A DNA stretch of 64,000 nt from Balanoglossus misakiensis (Eukaryota; Animalia; Hemichordata), in contig CM082580.2 in NCBI GenBank assembly GCA_040954595.2, positions 3,524,783 through 3,588,782 on the forward strand, given 5' to 3'. Below are positions 28,542 to 41,490 of the stretch, piece by piece. How positions within the stretch are numbered: the stretch's first letter is position 1; the number at the start of each line of letters is the position of its first letter. The translations under genes were made by a program, and so were the position numbers. The notes under the pieces were generated by a model, which ran no database searches, was not told the origin of the DNA, and was given only the letters and a program-made list of their open reading frames with translations.

Positions 28542-31500
28542 TCATGCAAATCCATGCTTACCTTCTCCATACATGTGATACCAAAACAGCATTTGACAAT
28601 GAGGACCAGTCTCGTGTAGCACTCTACCTCTCAGTAAAGCTGTACTTAGTGTATTGCCTTCTTGGGCTTCCACAGCCATGTACCAACCTGTTGACAAATA
28701 TTAATTATTTTAGTATTTTTGCTGTAATGGCCAATGTGTTTTAATCCTTTTTTTAATTTCTATTTGCTACATGCTACATCTTGGAGTTCATACACCTTAC
28801 ATGTACCTCTTCAGATTGCTAGTTAATCAAACTTACTACAATATTATCACAGGGAAATCTGAAATCCAATTTAAATTGGGAATCAATGACAGATACAGTG
28901 ATTTCTAATTGTCTGACATGCTGTTTGGAACAAGATGAACAATGACCAAAATTACAAAAAATTCTTAAAATTACAAAATCACATATTTTTACAATTTAAA
29001 ATCATTACTTTATTCATGGAAACAGGCTGACAGAAAAATATCAAAGCTTAACCCTACCACACCATTTTGGGGAAAACAAGGAGTTTTGACAAAAAAAAAC
29101 TCCCTCAATGTAGAATATAATGTGACAAAGCAATCTGACTATTTTTTTTTTATTTTCTCAGCCATTTCCATATTTTCACTTAAATCAGCATGTGTACCAA
29201 TTCCGACACACAACTCACCATACTCAGTACCAAGAGTGTGGTCATACTGTGGTCCCGTCTGTGATGTGTCTGTACCATTTCTGTCTCTCACCCACATATA
29301 TGCACTGTCACGACTTTCGTCTACGTAACCACACTGACCATCTTCAAAGTCACACTCACCTAACATATACATGTAACAACATTATGACAGTATAGTCTCG
29401 TACCACAGATAATAACATGCGTGAACAATCTGCTAGCAAAAATTAACACCTGACTTTGATACATCAATTAAAATACACACATGAATAATTCTTGTTTAGG
29501 TTAAATCGCTGCCTGCATATCACTATATACTGATAGTTAATTGATGTCAATTTAAGTTTATCAGATTTGTCTGATCAGTAGAACATCACAAATTATACAC
29601 GCTATTATAATACATGTAAATTGAAAAGCAGTGAAAAATTAGAACATTGCGTTATTAGCAAATGCACAGATGGATACAAAGAATTCATTTAGAAAATGAA
29701 TATGGCAAATATTCCTTGGACGCCTACTTCGTTTATCACTGCAATGCACTGCACAGACTTACCACAGTTGAATTCATCCGAGCCATCTGGACAGTCTTCT
29801 ACCCAATTACAGACAAGCTTATAGTCTACCTGGGTCCCATCCCCACAGGCATAGGGCGGAGGTGTTGTGGGAGTTGGACACACACCAGGTACAGTAAAGG
29901 TATCATCCAGGGCAATGTCAGCTTGACCTAAAACTCCTGAACCAACAGTTCCTTTCATGATGATCTGATCGAGGAAACACATTCAAAGGATCAGATGTGT
30001 GTACAGCATTTCATCTTCTTAACAATGATTAATAGATGTAACTATGTGCCAGAAATGTTATGAGTGATTAACACTGGAGAAAGTTTGGCCTGGGCACAAA
30101 TTCAGCCAGTCTTGTCTTTATATGGCGAAAGGATAGGACTACAAAATTTCAGTAAATTTCAAATTAACTCCAGTAAAGACAAAAGGCTAACTTCAGTTTT
30201 GGATCAATATTTTTCTCTTAACATTTTGGTGTTTAATCATGTTGGAATCAATAGCAATTGTCTTCTAACCTTTGTATTTGCCTGCTGGATGATTCCAGTT
30301 CATGACAAGTTTACAATCTTACAATTCATTCCACAATTTGCATTATTTCATTTGCAATATTTTTTTTCCTTTTAAAGGTTATTTGTGAATGACAGAAAAG
30401 TTGCATCACATAAACTGATAAACCTTTGAACTTACAATAAAATATGCATCAGAGGTGATGACTTCTGAATGATATCTCCACACATCACCTTGGTTACCAC
30501 TGATCTGCCATATCACATACTCTGGATTCTCACCAGATTCTCCTGTTCTTTCTTCACGAACAACCACCTTTAAAAACAAAATTAAAACATCTTTACAAGG
30601 CCAGGAAGGGAAAAAAGTTTTTCTTCTTCTCAGAATTGCAGTTAGTTATTTTATTTTTGATGTGAAATCACAAATGGAAGAACGTCAATATATTTTGACT
30701 AATACAATGAAACTGGCCAAAACTAACGTTCAAAATCTGTAAATTTGTTTATACTGAATAGCTATGTTGCTTTTCATCAAAGGACACCATGTTATCTGTA
30801 AAATAAACTCTTCTGCAAAGTGAACAACTGTCTCAGCCATTTTTGTATTGCATTACTGAATAATTGAAATTGATCTATTCAAGTATGTCTGAGAAACAAT
30901 GAAACAAAAACCTTACCATCCTACTTTCACACACATAAAAAAAATTCACATTTACAAATAGTCCAGATGTTCCATGAATTTAAACACTTCCATTATTAAA
31001 CCTGTACTTCCTGGCTGTAAAATGATCACACACCATCAGTATGGATTTACCTCCAAGGTTCCAGTGTTGGTTCCATACATGTGATACCAGAAACCAAAGC
31101 AACGAGTACCAGGTTCAAAGGACTCAGAATACAACATGGCAGTGTGGCCTTGGAAATCACCCAAGGATGTGTCCAATAACATGTAGTAACCTGTTTGAAC
31201 AGACAGGCAAGTCATGTAACTTGGGTTAATATCTCAATTAAAATGTCTACTGAGTTTGTCAGCTTAAATAAAACCAGTACACATCTCTCTTTAATCACAT
31301 AGTATTTTTTGTGAGTCAAAGATTATAATCCAATTCAAAGAACTGAAAACAGTGATTTTGGGACCACCAAGGGTTGGAATAATAAATGAAATGACCACAG
31401 TGATGAAATTCTGAGGACATGGACACATTCGTGAATGTTTTTTCTGATTATAGTGTCACTTACCATCTTCTGTCCCCAGCGTATGATCTTTAGAAGGTCC

Positions 31501-34500
31501 ACTCAGATCCAGTGTACCTGAACTGCCTCTGTATCGTATCCAATCCATGTTGTCTTCACGCGGTGAGTTGGACCAGCCACATTTACCATACTCAAAGTTA
31601 CAAACTCCTAAAAGATTCAAAGTACAGTAATATAATTATAAACTTAAGGCAATGGCAACAACAAGTTTAACAAATCAATGAAAAAAGTCCTATCTGGATC
31701 AAAAGAAGAAAAAAAATATTTACAGGTATAGTATACATATGTATAAGACTGTCATTGTGCCAAGTTAGAATGGATGATCAGTTCAGACAGGTATGTAATA
31801 GTCTAGTCTCCACAGCAGAAAACAAAGTGATGCCCATAGTAACACTATAATACCGTCTCCTACCAATTAAGGATGTACGTTCAGTAAAATTCAAAGTATT
31901 GTATTTTTTTTTAATTGTGGATTTTTGGATTCTCCTTTGTATGTATAATGAAAATCTGTAATAAAATATAGGGGTCACCGCGCTTGTTTTTGAAATACAG
32001 AGCTATGAATTTGGTACGTCGATAATAGAAGAAATCTGCTGACTCAGCATTTTTTCACCAATGGTTTGTCTATGGGCAAAATTTTTAACGCAATTTATCT
32101 CAAAATAGAGCGCGGTGACCACTATATTTTATTTTACCAATGAATTTATATTTGCTGGACTTAGCTATGTGTAAAATTTCGTGAAAATGACAATATTAGA
32201 AGTTTGTTTTCTGGCGATTATCAATCCAATCCTATGGGAAAAAGACGGGGCGCGCAGTGTTTCCGGTTTATGTTCTGCGCGTACATCCTTAAGAACAAAG
32301 AACAAACTTGGCCCAGTGGATGAACGTTTGAGTTATGGTGGATGCACACACAGATGGACTCATGGAGTTTAATCTAGAAGTTCCTCGGTCTAAGTTCATG
32401 GGGACCAAAAACACTGTTTCACAATTTGCATATTTTGACTCTAGAAAATGAAAAAAAAAATGATAGACAAAAATCAATATCAATTGACTAACCATCTACA
32501 AAGCACGGCCCATCAATAAGATTCACATCATCAATGGCAATGTCCGCTGTGCCGTCGGCCATGACAGCTTCAAAGACAACTTGATATTCGGACATAGTGT
32601 TGAAGTCCAATGTCGCTGAATGCCAGAACTCTCCAGCATGGCCGGAATCATACCAAACGGCACTCCCAAGATCTCCATATTCCATTATGTACACATTCAG
32701 TGTGCCGACATCAGTTCCTGAAAGTGAAAACATTACAATGATGCCATTAGTACATGAAATGTGAATAGACAAATACCATAAACATGTGAAATAGTCTAAT
32801 AATACATGTTTCTTTCACAAGCAGACAGCCAATATGTGGGATGACTGTAACAACTTGAAAAAGGAAACATAATTACATGTACCTGTACGAGGACTTCAAA
32901 CTGAAAGATTTACAGTTTATAATAAGTGTACATGTTCCAGGTATTTGCACTTCGGAAATTGTACATGAGTTCACGTAGAGAACAGTTTGACATCAAATAG
33001 ACTCTTTGGAAAAGATTTCTGGTGTAAAATAACGGTAGGTGTAAGAGATTTGAGAAGAATGAATGACTTGGTAAAACACCCAGTAATGTGTTCATTATGA
33101 ACAACATCACAAAGTAAATGTGTTACTGTTATGCATAATCATCTTGATTATTTTAAAGGTAAATATGAACTGTAAGTAAAGGTACTTTCACCCAATTTCC
33201 CTATAATATTGCCACGGAAAAATATAGATTTCGACAAAACCATGGTGGTGAACATGCAAGTGTATATAAGCTTTGTGACCTATCGCACACCATGACAACT
33301 TACCATTCATGTGATACCAGAAATGTAGACACTGAGAGAATGTTTGTGGATAGACAGGGCTCAACAATCTCGTTGTATCTCCAGCAGTACGACCAGTTCC
33401 ACTAGCATACATGTAGTGACCTTCATCAAAATGAAAAAAAAATGTTTGAAATGCCACCAGATACATGAGGTAGATTTTTAAAAAATCATGGAGAGTCTAC
33501 AATACTAAAGCCTCACTGAATATTTGACAGGGGAAATATTTACAATGTACAATGTACCTCTTGACCAGAGCCTATACGAATATTAGATTACAAAAACTCA
33601 TCTCAGTATAAAACCTCAGTGATACAGAAAAAGTATTTGTTGAAAAATACTGTATTGTTGGTTTACCATAGGCAGTGCCGTAGGTTTTGTCATATTCCGG
33701 ACCAGTTCCGGATCCATGCTGGGAAGACTCTCCACTTCCACGTATCCAGTCAAAATCCTGGGTGTCTTCAAAATCCTGGTAGTAGCCACATATGTCAGTA
33801 TTTTCAAAGTCACAGTAATCTGTACAGACACAAGATTTGCATTCAATTTTCAAGTTGAAAATTAAGCCCCAAAAAGTCACTTTTCTGGGCATCTTTCAAC
33901 CAACTCCATATAGATTAGCTGTACAACAACCTTTAACTTCTGACTGTCTTATGCATCGCCAGAAACATAATCATGGTAAGTTCATTTGACAGTTTACTAG
34001 CTGGTTTTGTGAGTCTAGTATGCGGAGAGCTCATCACTATACAGCAGAAATTACAAGACACAGAGCACTGAGTGGCTGTGGCAGTCTGGTAACACTGTGA
34101 TAAATGATAGTAACAGGGATGATATCATGGTTGTACTTACCATGTTACCATGCCTGTTATGGTTGTACTTACCAAGAGGTGGACATTCTCCGTCTAACAC
34201 TCTGATGTCATCAATAGCCACATCACCCTGGAACTGCTCTCCAGAAATGGCTTGGAATACCAGATTGATATCATCATTCTCATCGATATGAACTTGACCA
34301 TAAAGCCATTCATCGCCTTGTGTTCCTTCCTTTATCCAGACGGGATCACCTGCATGAGATAATGTACAGATGTACAATGGTGTCATTTCTATCAAAACAG
34401 TGTTGGGTTTTTCTTTAGTAATATCAATGATTAACATAAGAACTTTTTTATTTAGATAATTAAGTTGGTAATTCTTCAAAATGGAAATATCATGCCTATC

Positions 34501-37500
34501 GAATGCAAGATGTGAGGCAGAGTAGTATGCATGTATTGATCAGCATTGCTTCATTATTGAAATTTGATTATAATATGATTGGTCTGAATCCAGCTTGCTG
34601 ATTGGCTGGAGCCAGGGTTTATATCCTCATTAAGAAAACCTGGACCCTAGGGTGAATATAGTGATTATCAGACCCATATTTTTTCAACTTGAAATGACTC
34701 TAAGTCACTTACTAAGTGAATTTAGTAATATTGATGATAGATCATTTAGTTGGTAATTCTTCAAGATTGAAATAGCATGCCTATCTAATGCAAGATGTGA
34801 GGCAGAATTAGTATTCATTTATGTAAAGTGTATTGATCACCATTGTTTCATTAGTAAAATTTGATCATGACTAATTATAAAACAAACTGTAGAATTTTAA
34901 TTTCCATGGCCACCTAACAACTACTTACAATTTTATGCAGTTGACACAAGATTTAATTGGGTGAATACAGTGATCATCGACCCAAAATGTTGCAACTTGA
35001 ATTGACTAGTACAAGTCACTTACTGAGAGAATTTAGTACACCACTTCTGAAGCGAACGGATAGTGTGTGAACATGCTGACCAAACATGTGATACCAGAAT
35101 GTGATGCATCGTCCACCAGTTAGAGAAGGTACGGTTGAACTTTGAAGATTTGATGTCAAGTTGTTGCGCACAGCCAGAGAATCTACATAGGCGTACCAAC
35201 CTGTATTTGAAAAATGACAAAAGAAATGAAGGAATTATTTTCAACATAAGCATATCATACACGACACACTAGCGCTATACAAAGTGTGCTCTCCAAGACA
35301 GTCTACAACATGCCACAGATGCGGAAAAAAATCCCCATGATGCAAAGAAAGAATTCCCAACTTCCTTAAATGCACAATTGTTTCCATCAAATTGAGAAAC
35401 TCAACTGAATTGTCATGCGCAAAATTCTAGAGAAAGCACAAGTCACCAAATAATTGTTCGTCAAACAAAAACTTTCACAAGATTTAGAATCTGATCATAT
35501 GTTCAGTCACACTATTTCAATGACCATCATACATTTATCAGTATTATTTCATTCACAGGCGGCAGAATACCACTGACTGAAGAAATTTCTTCTATATGTT
35601 ATATATCAGGCTACGGTCAGTGGTATTCCACCGCCTGTGGTTTCATTGCTATCAGCACAATTATCAAAGTTTGACTGAAAAAAAAAAAGAATCACTGGGT
35701 AGTACCAGGCTACTCTATAGCCATCTTACCATCTTTAGTTCCAATGGTATGATCCGCTGGTGGTCCAGTGTTGGAACGACCTTGATTGCCCTGTTGTCTG
35801 CTCCAATCCAGATCATCCCCTCCAAGCAGACCATTTTCTTCATTGATCCATGAACACCAGTCAATCTCAAAGTCACAGTCCCACTCACTGGGTGGCTGCG
35901 TGGGTTGCGTGATGATAGTTTGTGCTGTTGTTGTGGAAAATTAACCGTTGTATTGTTAGACGGCGCCCTCTAACGACATGAGCTTTAAGATATTTGAAGA
36001 TAGGATATTTTGCATTCTCTCTCGAAATTGTCGAGTTACACATGCTGGTACACACGTTAATTACATTACATTATTTAAGAAATATCTCGAGTTTGCCATT
36101 ATATCCGTGACGGAATGGCAACATCCTTGTCGGCATAACCGGATAACCACATTTTTTTGTGTGTGATCTATATCTCTGTCTGTTCTTTTTGATAATTAAA
36201 TACATGTAATAACACATGATAGCGTGGGCAACATCACGATTTGAAGCCTGCACGAGGGATGGTGATCATCTCTGACCATAATATTGATGATGCCCTCGCC
36301 GCACCGAGCCGCAGGCGAGGGTATCATCAATATTACGCCGAAAATTTGAACGTACATACACTGCAGCAGAGATAGAAGAACGTAGGGTTGCGTCCATGTC
36401 GTACGTTGCTGATTGCTGCTGAGAAATGTCTCGATCTCCCAAGAATTATACTACTCCGAACTCAGTTAATTTTGAGGGTACTGCAATGTTGGTTGCGATT
36501 TGTGTGTATTTACTGTTCGTTTGCAGTAAAATATCGTCCAGTTGAACAGGTGTGTAGCCTGTGTATAGCTTTGAAGCCAAAAAGATGTGCGATGAACGAC
36601 AGTTTGTTACGCGCAGAAGTCGTGCGCAGAACACCAAAACAACCACTTTTTTCTCACGTGAGCGCGTCTCAGCCAATCACGAATACGACATAATACGTGA
36701 GGTGAAATAAAGTCCTAAATCCGACACATTTCATTTTGTACAACTGTGTTTGCATAAACTGGTTAATGATTCGAAGAAAAAAACAGATGCTTTCAGCGGA
36801 AAAACTACAATGTAAAGTGCATGCGGTGGTTAAATCTTTCAGAAATATCGTTATTGATTCAATCGACTTACATTCACAAATAATATGTAACTTATACACA
36901 GCCAGTGATAATATTGAACACCTATTGCCTGGCCATGAGGGCCATAGCGGCCGTTTATTACACCCGAGGGGCTGTGAGTTACCAGAATCATATGCTATTT
37001 CCCGAGGCCGTAGGCCGAGGGAAATAGCATATGATTCTGGTAACTCACAGTCACGAGGGGGTAAAAACGGCTGATATGGCCCGAATATAGGCCAGGCTAT
37101 AGGTGTTTTATAATAAACCTCATGCTAACAGCTGGGAAAATCTTGCAATTTTCTCTTGAGGTTGGCAGACGACATCTTCCGCGGTGGCCATTGTGTCAGA
37201 CGACGCGACGCTGATTGACGTGACCGAGTCTGCGCACTCACGCTGGTCACGTGACCGGTTTATATTTTTTCTGCTATTTCCCTAGCGGTTCATAGTCGAT
37301 TCTATTTTCCTATCACGTGACGGATTCTGGCGAATCACGGCATAGTATTAGCATGAGGTATATTATAATAGTATCTATTGTTACCCCGCCAGATGACACT
37401 CTAACAAAACAGAAAAAAAACTTTGCCATGACTTAATATTTTACAAAAGTCCCGTGTTTCCGAAACAGGATATTCCGGCAATGCAAGAGATAGCTTAAAC

Positions 37501-40500
37501 CATAGACAGTACTGTCTATGGTTTGTGCAGGCCTAGTTTGGCATGTTCACGTGTTTGTTTGTTTATCACGTGTTCGTATATCAGCCAGGGAAATAAATGT
37601 CATGGTTGTTAAACGAAAGTGCTTTTCTTTCAAATTAGCATCGGAGCAAAACGTTCGGGAATTTGTCAGATTATGGACAATGACGAAGGGATGGCGTTCT
37701 CGGTCGTTTTCAAAGACGCAAGGGGGCCATTTCACCAAGTCATCCCATGCGTTAAAAAATTACACATTTCTGATAGAACATGGACAATGAGCTCGCGATG
37801 CATGCGTGACATACACGATATCATCCTAGTAATGGCGGACCTGCGTGTCGTGACACGACGTGTCCGGCCAGCAAGGGCGGATCCGTTGTCACGAACCCAC
37901 TACTCATCCTGACAATGCTTTGTGCTTACAGATATAAACTGATAATTGCTGGGGGGACAAAGTCCATGACAACAGGCCGATGAACTTAATAGACAAGGTT
38001 TGAAACAATGATATTTAACATACTAAAACCCACAGAGACTTGAAACAAAAAAGAAACCCTTTCAAATAAAATTAAGTGACGAAAGCATCCTTTTCGCGTA
38101 CACCGCGTACCGACAGTGCAATTCGACTGTGATTTATGGCGATTTTGAATATATTTACCCATCATTCCAGGCTGTCTGAGTTGTTTGTGAATATAGTGGA
38201 ACATAGTTTATAATGTAGCTTGACATATTGAGTATCGTAGCTGTCTTTACCTGTTGTAGGTAAGGCTTCACCATAAGGTACGCATCCAGGTGTAAAGGTG
38301 ATGTCATCCACCCCTAAAGAAGGACCAGCAGAATCGCCCTCGATTCCTTCGATTATGACCTGCAAAATTTAATACCACGATGTGAGCGTTTATGCGATTT
38401 CTTTATGAGATCACACAATATGCCTTCCAAGTTCATCACATCTCGCCACATAGCATATACCGCACCGCACCACACCGCACCGCGCCAGACCCCACCCCAC
38501 CCCACCACACCACATCACATTACATCACGCCACATCACATCAAATCACCTCACATCACATATACATCTTGACAATGTCATTCGTCCCGAATTTTACACAA
38601 CGATTTATAGTGAACACAATTTCATCTTATCGCAAAGACAATCTTAATGTGGTCTCATTGGGGTGTTCATTAAAAGCAAACCGCTTCCGCTCTTCATATA
38701 TAGCTGAAACATTGAACGGGAGGGGTACACAGACGTTAAATACTTGTATTTGTCAATTGCCGTTGTGTGATACCTGGAAAGGGCGGCCAACTTGTAGACT
38801 GACTTCATCGGCTACCCACAGATCACCCGCAGCTTTGGTGATACTTCTCTTGAGGGTCATTTCACCGTAACTTTCGGTCCAGTAATAGATGTGTAACTCC
38901 CCGATGTCGTCCTCCGAAAAGTGGTAGTAGTACCTCATCTGCGGAATGATTTTCGCGGAAATATAACGTGCGAGCCGTTACAGTAAGAATGGTCTGGACA
39001 AAGTTCTTTGTTGGCCGGGGGTCTTGTAACAAGCAGAAGTTTGCATTTATCGTACTGAACTTTATTAATGATTTTTTACCTCTACGCTAAATATTCCTTG
39101 TACATTTTAAACTATCAACCGTAGCGGTAAAAACTGTTGTTGTTTCAATGTTAAACTATTTTTAAAATGAAAAACATGCTACGTTAATTTTAAAACAATG
39201 GAACGGTGCATACACTGTAGTTGGACTGATCTTGTTTTATCAAACAAACTCAACCGTTCTACCTTAAACATGGTTCAGTATTCCAATTATTCTATAGACA
39301 GAGGGAAAAGACCAAAATGTGGACAAATTTCGTTTGTGGCATAGTTTATCTTTTTCCAACAGAAGTAAATGGTTAGATGACATTCAAACAAATACACGAC
39401 ATAGCTTACCGTGCAATCTCCCAGCCCAGGATCCGCCGTGTCGTCAATCGTATGACTAATGAGTCTACCCACATCGCCACTTGGGAATAAGCCAGTCGAA
39501 TCCATGAAGATATAATGACCTAAATACCAAGATATTTACCTTTAGTTTAATACAAATGCAGTTCACTCCTAGTTTGGTGGATTTGGATCAAACCACGATG
39601 ATGAGAGGGTTAAGAATACACGAAGTTCGGCCAGCATCGCTATTTGTAGCCTGGCTTCTCCCTGGCCATTATATTGGTGGTACCTTCAGCGTTGATACGT
39701 ACACCATCGATTTTATGATCTGAGAGAATCACCCAGATTCGTAGCAATGGCCAGAACATTTCATCACACTACATTAAACCATACACTACATTGCAGGATT
39801 AACTTCATCTTTACACGTGGTAAAATGGTAGACTATAACCAATGGCTGTTCACACACTTACCATCTTGAGTCATAGTTGTGTGATCAAATGAAGGTACAG
39901 TCTGTAAACCGGATCCGTCGCGTATACCCCAATCAAAATCATTGTCGGTGGCGTGTTGCCAGGTGCAGAAATCGACTTCAAAGTCGCACATCGAGTACAA
40001 AGCTGACAGTTGCAAGAAAAACAATGAACAAATTACAAATTTACTTCTCAATCCAGAGTGAGATTAAATGGAGATTGCATTTGACTGAGATTTGATTTTT
40101 GAAAAAAAGTGTATTCTAAACATTTGTGGAAAAAAAAGTTGTATTGGATACATATTCTTTTGCAGCCTATGGTTTAGAAGTTTTTTATTGCAAGCCCCCC
40201 CCCCCCACGTTAAAATGGTTGTGAGCTGCTCGCTTGTCGTCTTCAAATGTTCACACGAGATGCAAACATAGCATTCTATATAGCTAATGTTCTGCAAGGC
40301 TGGACAACTCTGAAACTATATTGACAGGTGCGACGGTTATCTTCATTTAGGGATGACACTCACCACATGTGGTAGCATCCTCGTCCGTGTCATCAAGGCA
40401 ACAGTCAAGTTCATAATTGCAGGCTTGTGAATTGCTGTAGCAATGTCCACTGTTGCATGCATTCTCTGGACATTCACCGCTGGGCAAGGCGTCGTAAGCA

Positions 40501-41407
40501 CAGTTGACAAACATAATGTCGTCGACCGCTATGTGTCCGTCGTAATTACCAATTAAAACCGAGTTCATTTCAGCCTCTAATGTTATCTGCAATTCAATCA
40601 TAATGTTTTAGTTTAAATAGATCAGAAAGATTACATGACCTTATATTAGTTATTATCATAATTTATGTCGCTTTTGCTCAAGTATGTAGGGAGATGGATG
40701 TATTGTGGAACAATAAATCCTACAAGGCACTGAATTCGAAACTATGTTTAAATAACTACAGTGCTATAATTTCGTACATGTCGAAAGGAAATGAAGAAAT
40801 GAATGAATGAAAGAAGAAATGAAACTTTTTGACCGAATCCCCCGCCTCCTGGTAATTTACGTCCAGTCCCTGAGTACAGGGTATAACATCATGCTGTTTG
40901 AAGTGGGACAATAAATAGTATTTGATACGCTGAACAAAAACAATGAAAAAGCCAAAAGCTACAGCTAATGCCCCTTTAACATCTACCACTGTCATCACGT
41001 GGCACCCTTATACAAAATCGCTCATATTGATGAGATTTGTTCATAAATGCAAGGTAGGCTAACACTTTTGTCCAAAATATTTACCTGGACGTTTTGAGCA
41101 CACCGGGGAATATCTATGGTTTGTCGAACCCATTCTTCGTCGTCATCACTGACGGAGAGCGACCACACAGTGTCTGAGTTTCCGTCCGCCAGTAGAATGA
41201 CGTTCAAAGTACCAATATTGAAGGTTTCGTAATGGAAGTGAAATTCCAATTGACAGTCGGTTCCTGTAACGCTGTACATCGGACTGATGTACCGAGCTTT
41301 TCGCTGTGTACCGTCACTGATTACATAGAGATATTTTCCTGAAGAGAAGGAGGGAGGACGGGAGTGAGTAAATTGCTTTAGAAAGTTATTTAGTAAGTTC
41401 CTTATGT

Positions 41408-41490
<83 letters not shown>

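Larger units (their letters stand above)
1..35932. repeat. Intragenic tandem duplication: <1-17606 and 17607-35932
   Basis: Position 1 (gtcaaaaaatgctgcaatttaagtaatg) matches 17641 (gtcgaaaaaaatgcaatttaagtaatg). Colinear exons continue to ...agtttgtgc(g/t)gttgtt at 17606/35932, where similarity stops. Confidence 0.96.

Noticed and set aside
458-35924. Dscam-like mutually exclusive exon arrays
   Set aside because: Duplicated exons are arranged as two colinear 31-exon blocks, not adjacent alternatives. Skipping of a whole cassette is frame-compatible but has no support here.
1-35932. Duplication as a pure assembly artefact (two haplotypes in tandem)
   Set aside because: Many introns are unalignable and the junction forms an in-frame exon with its own acceptor. 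This is unlikely for a mis-join, though only reads can formally exclude it.
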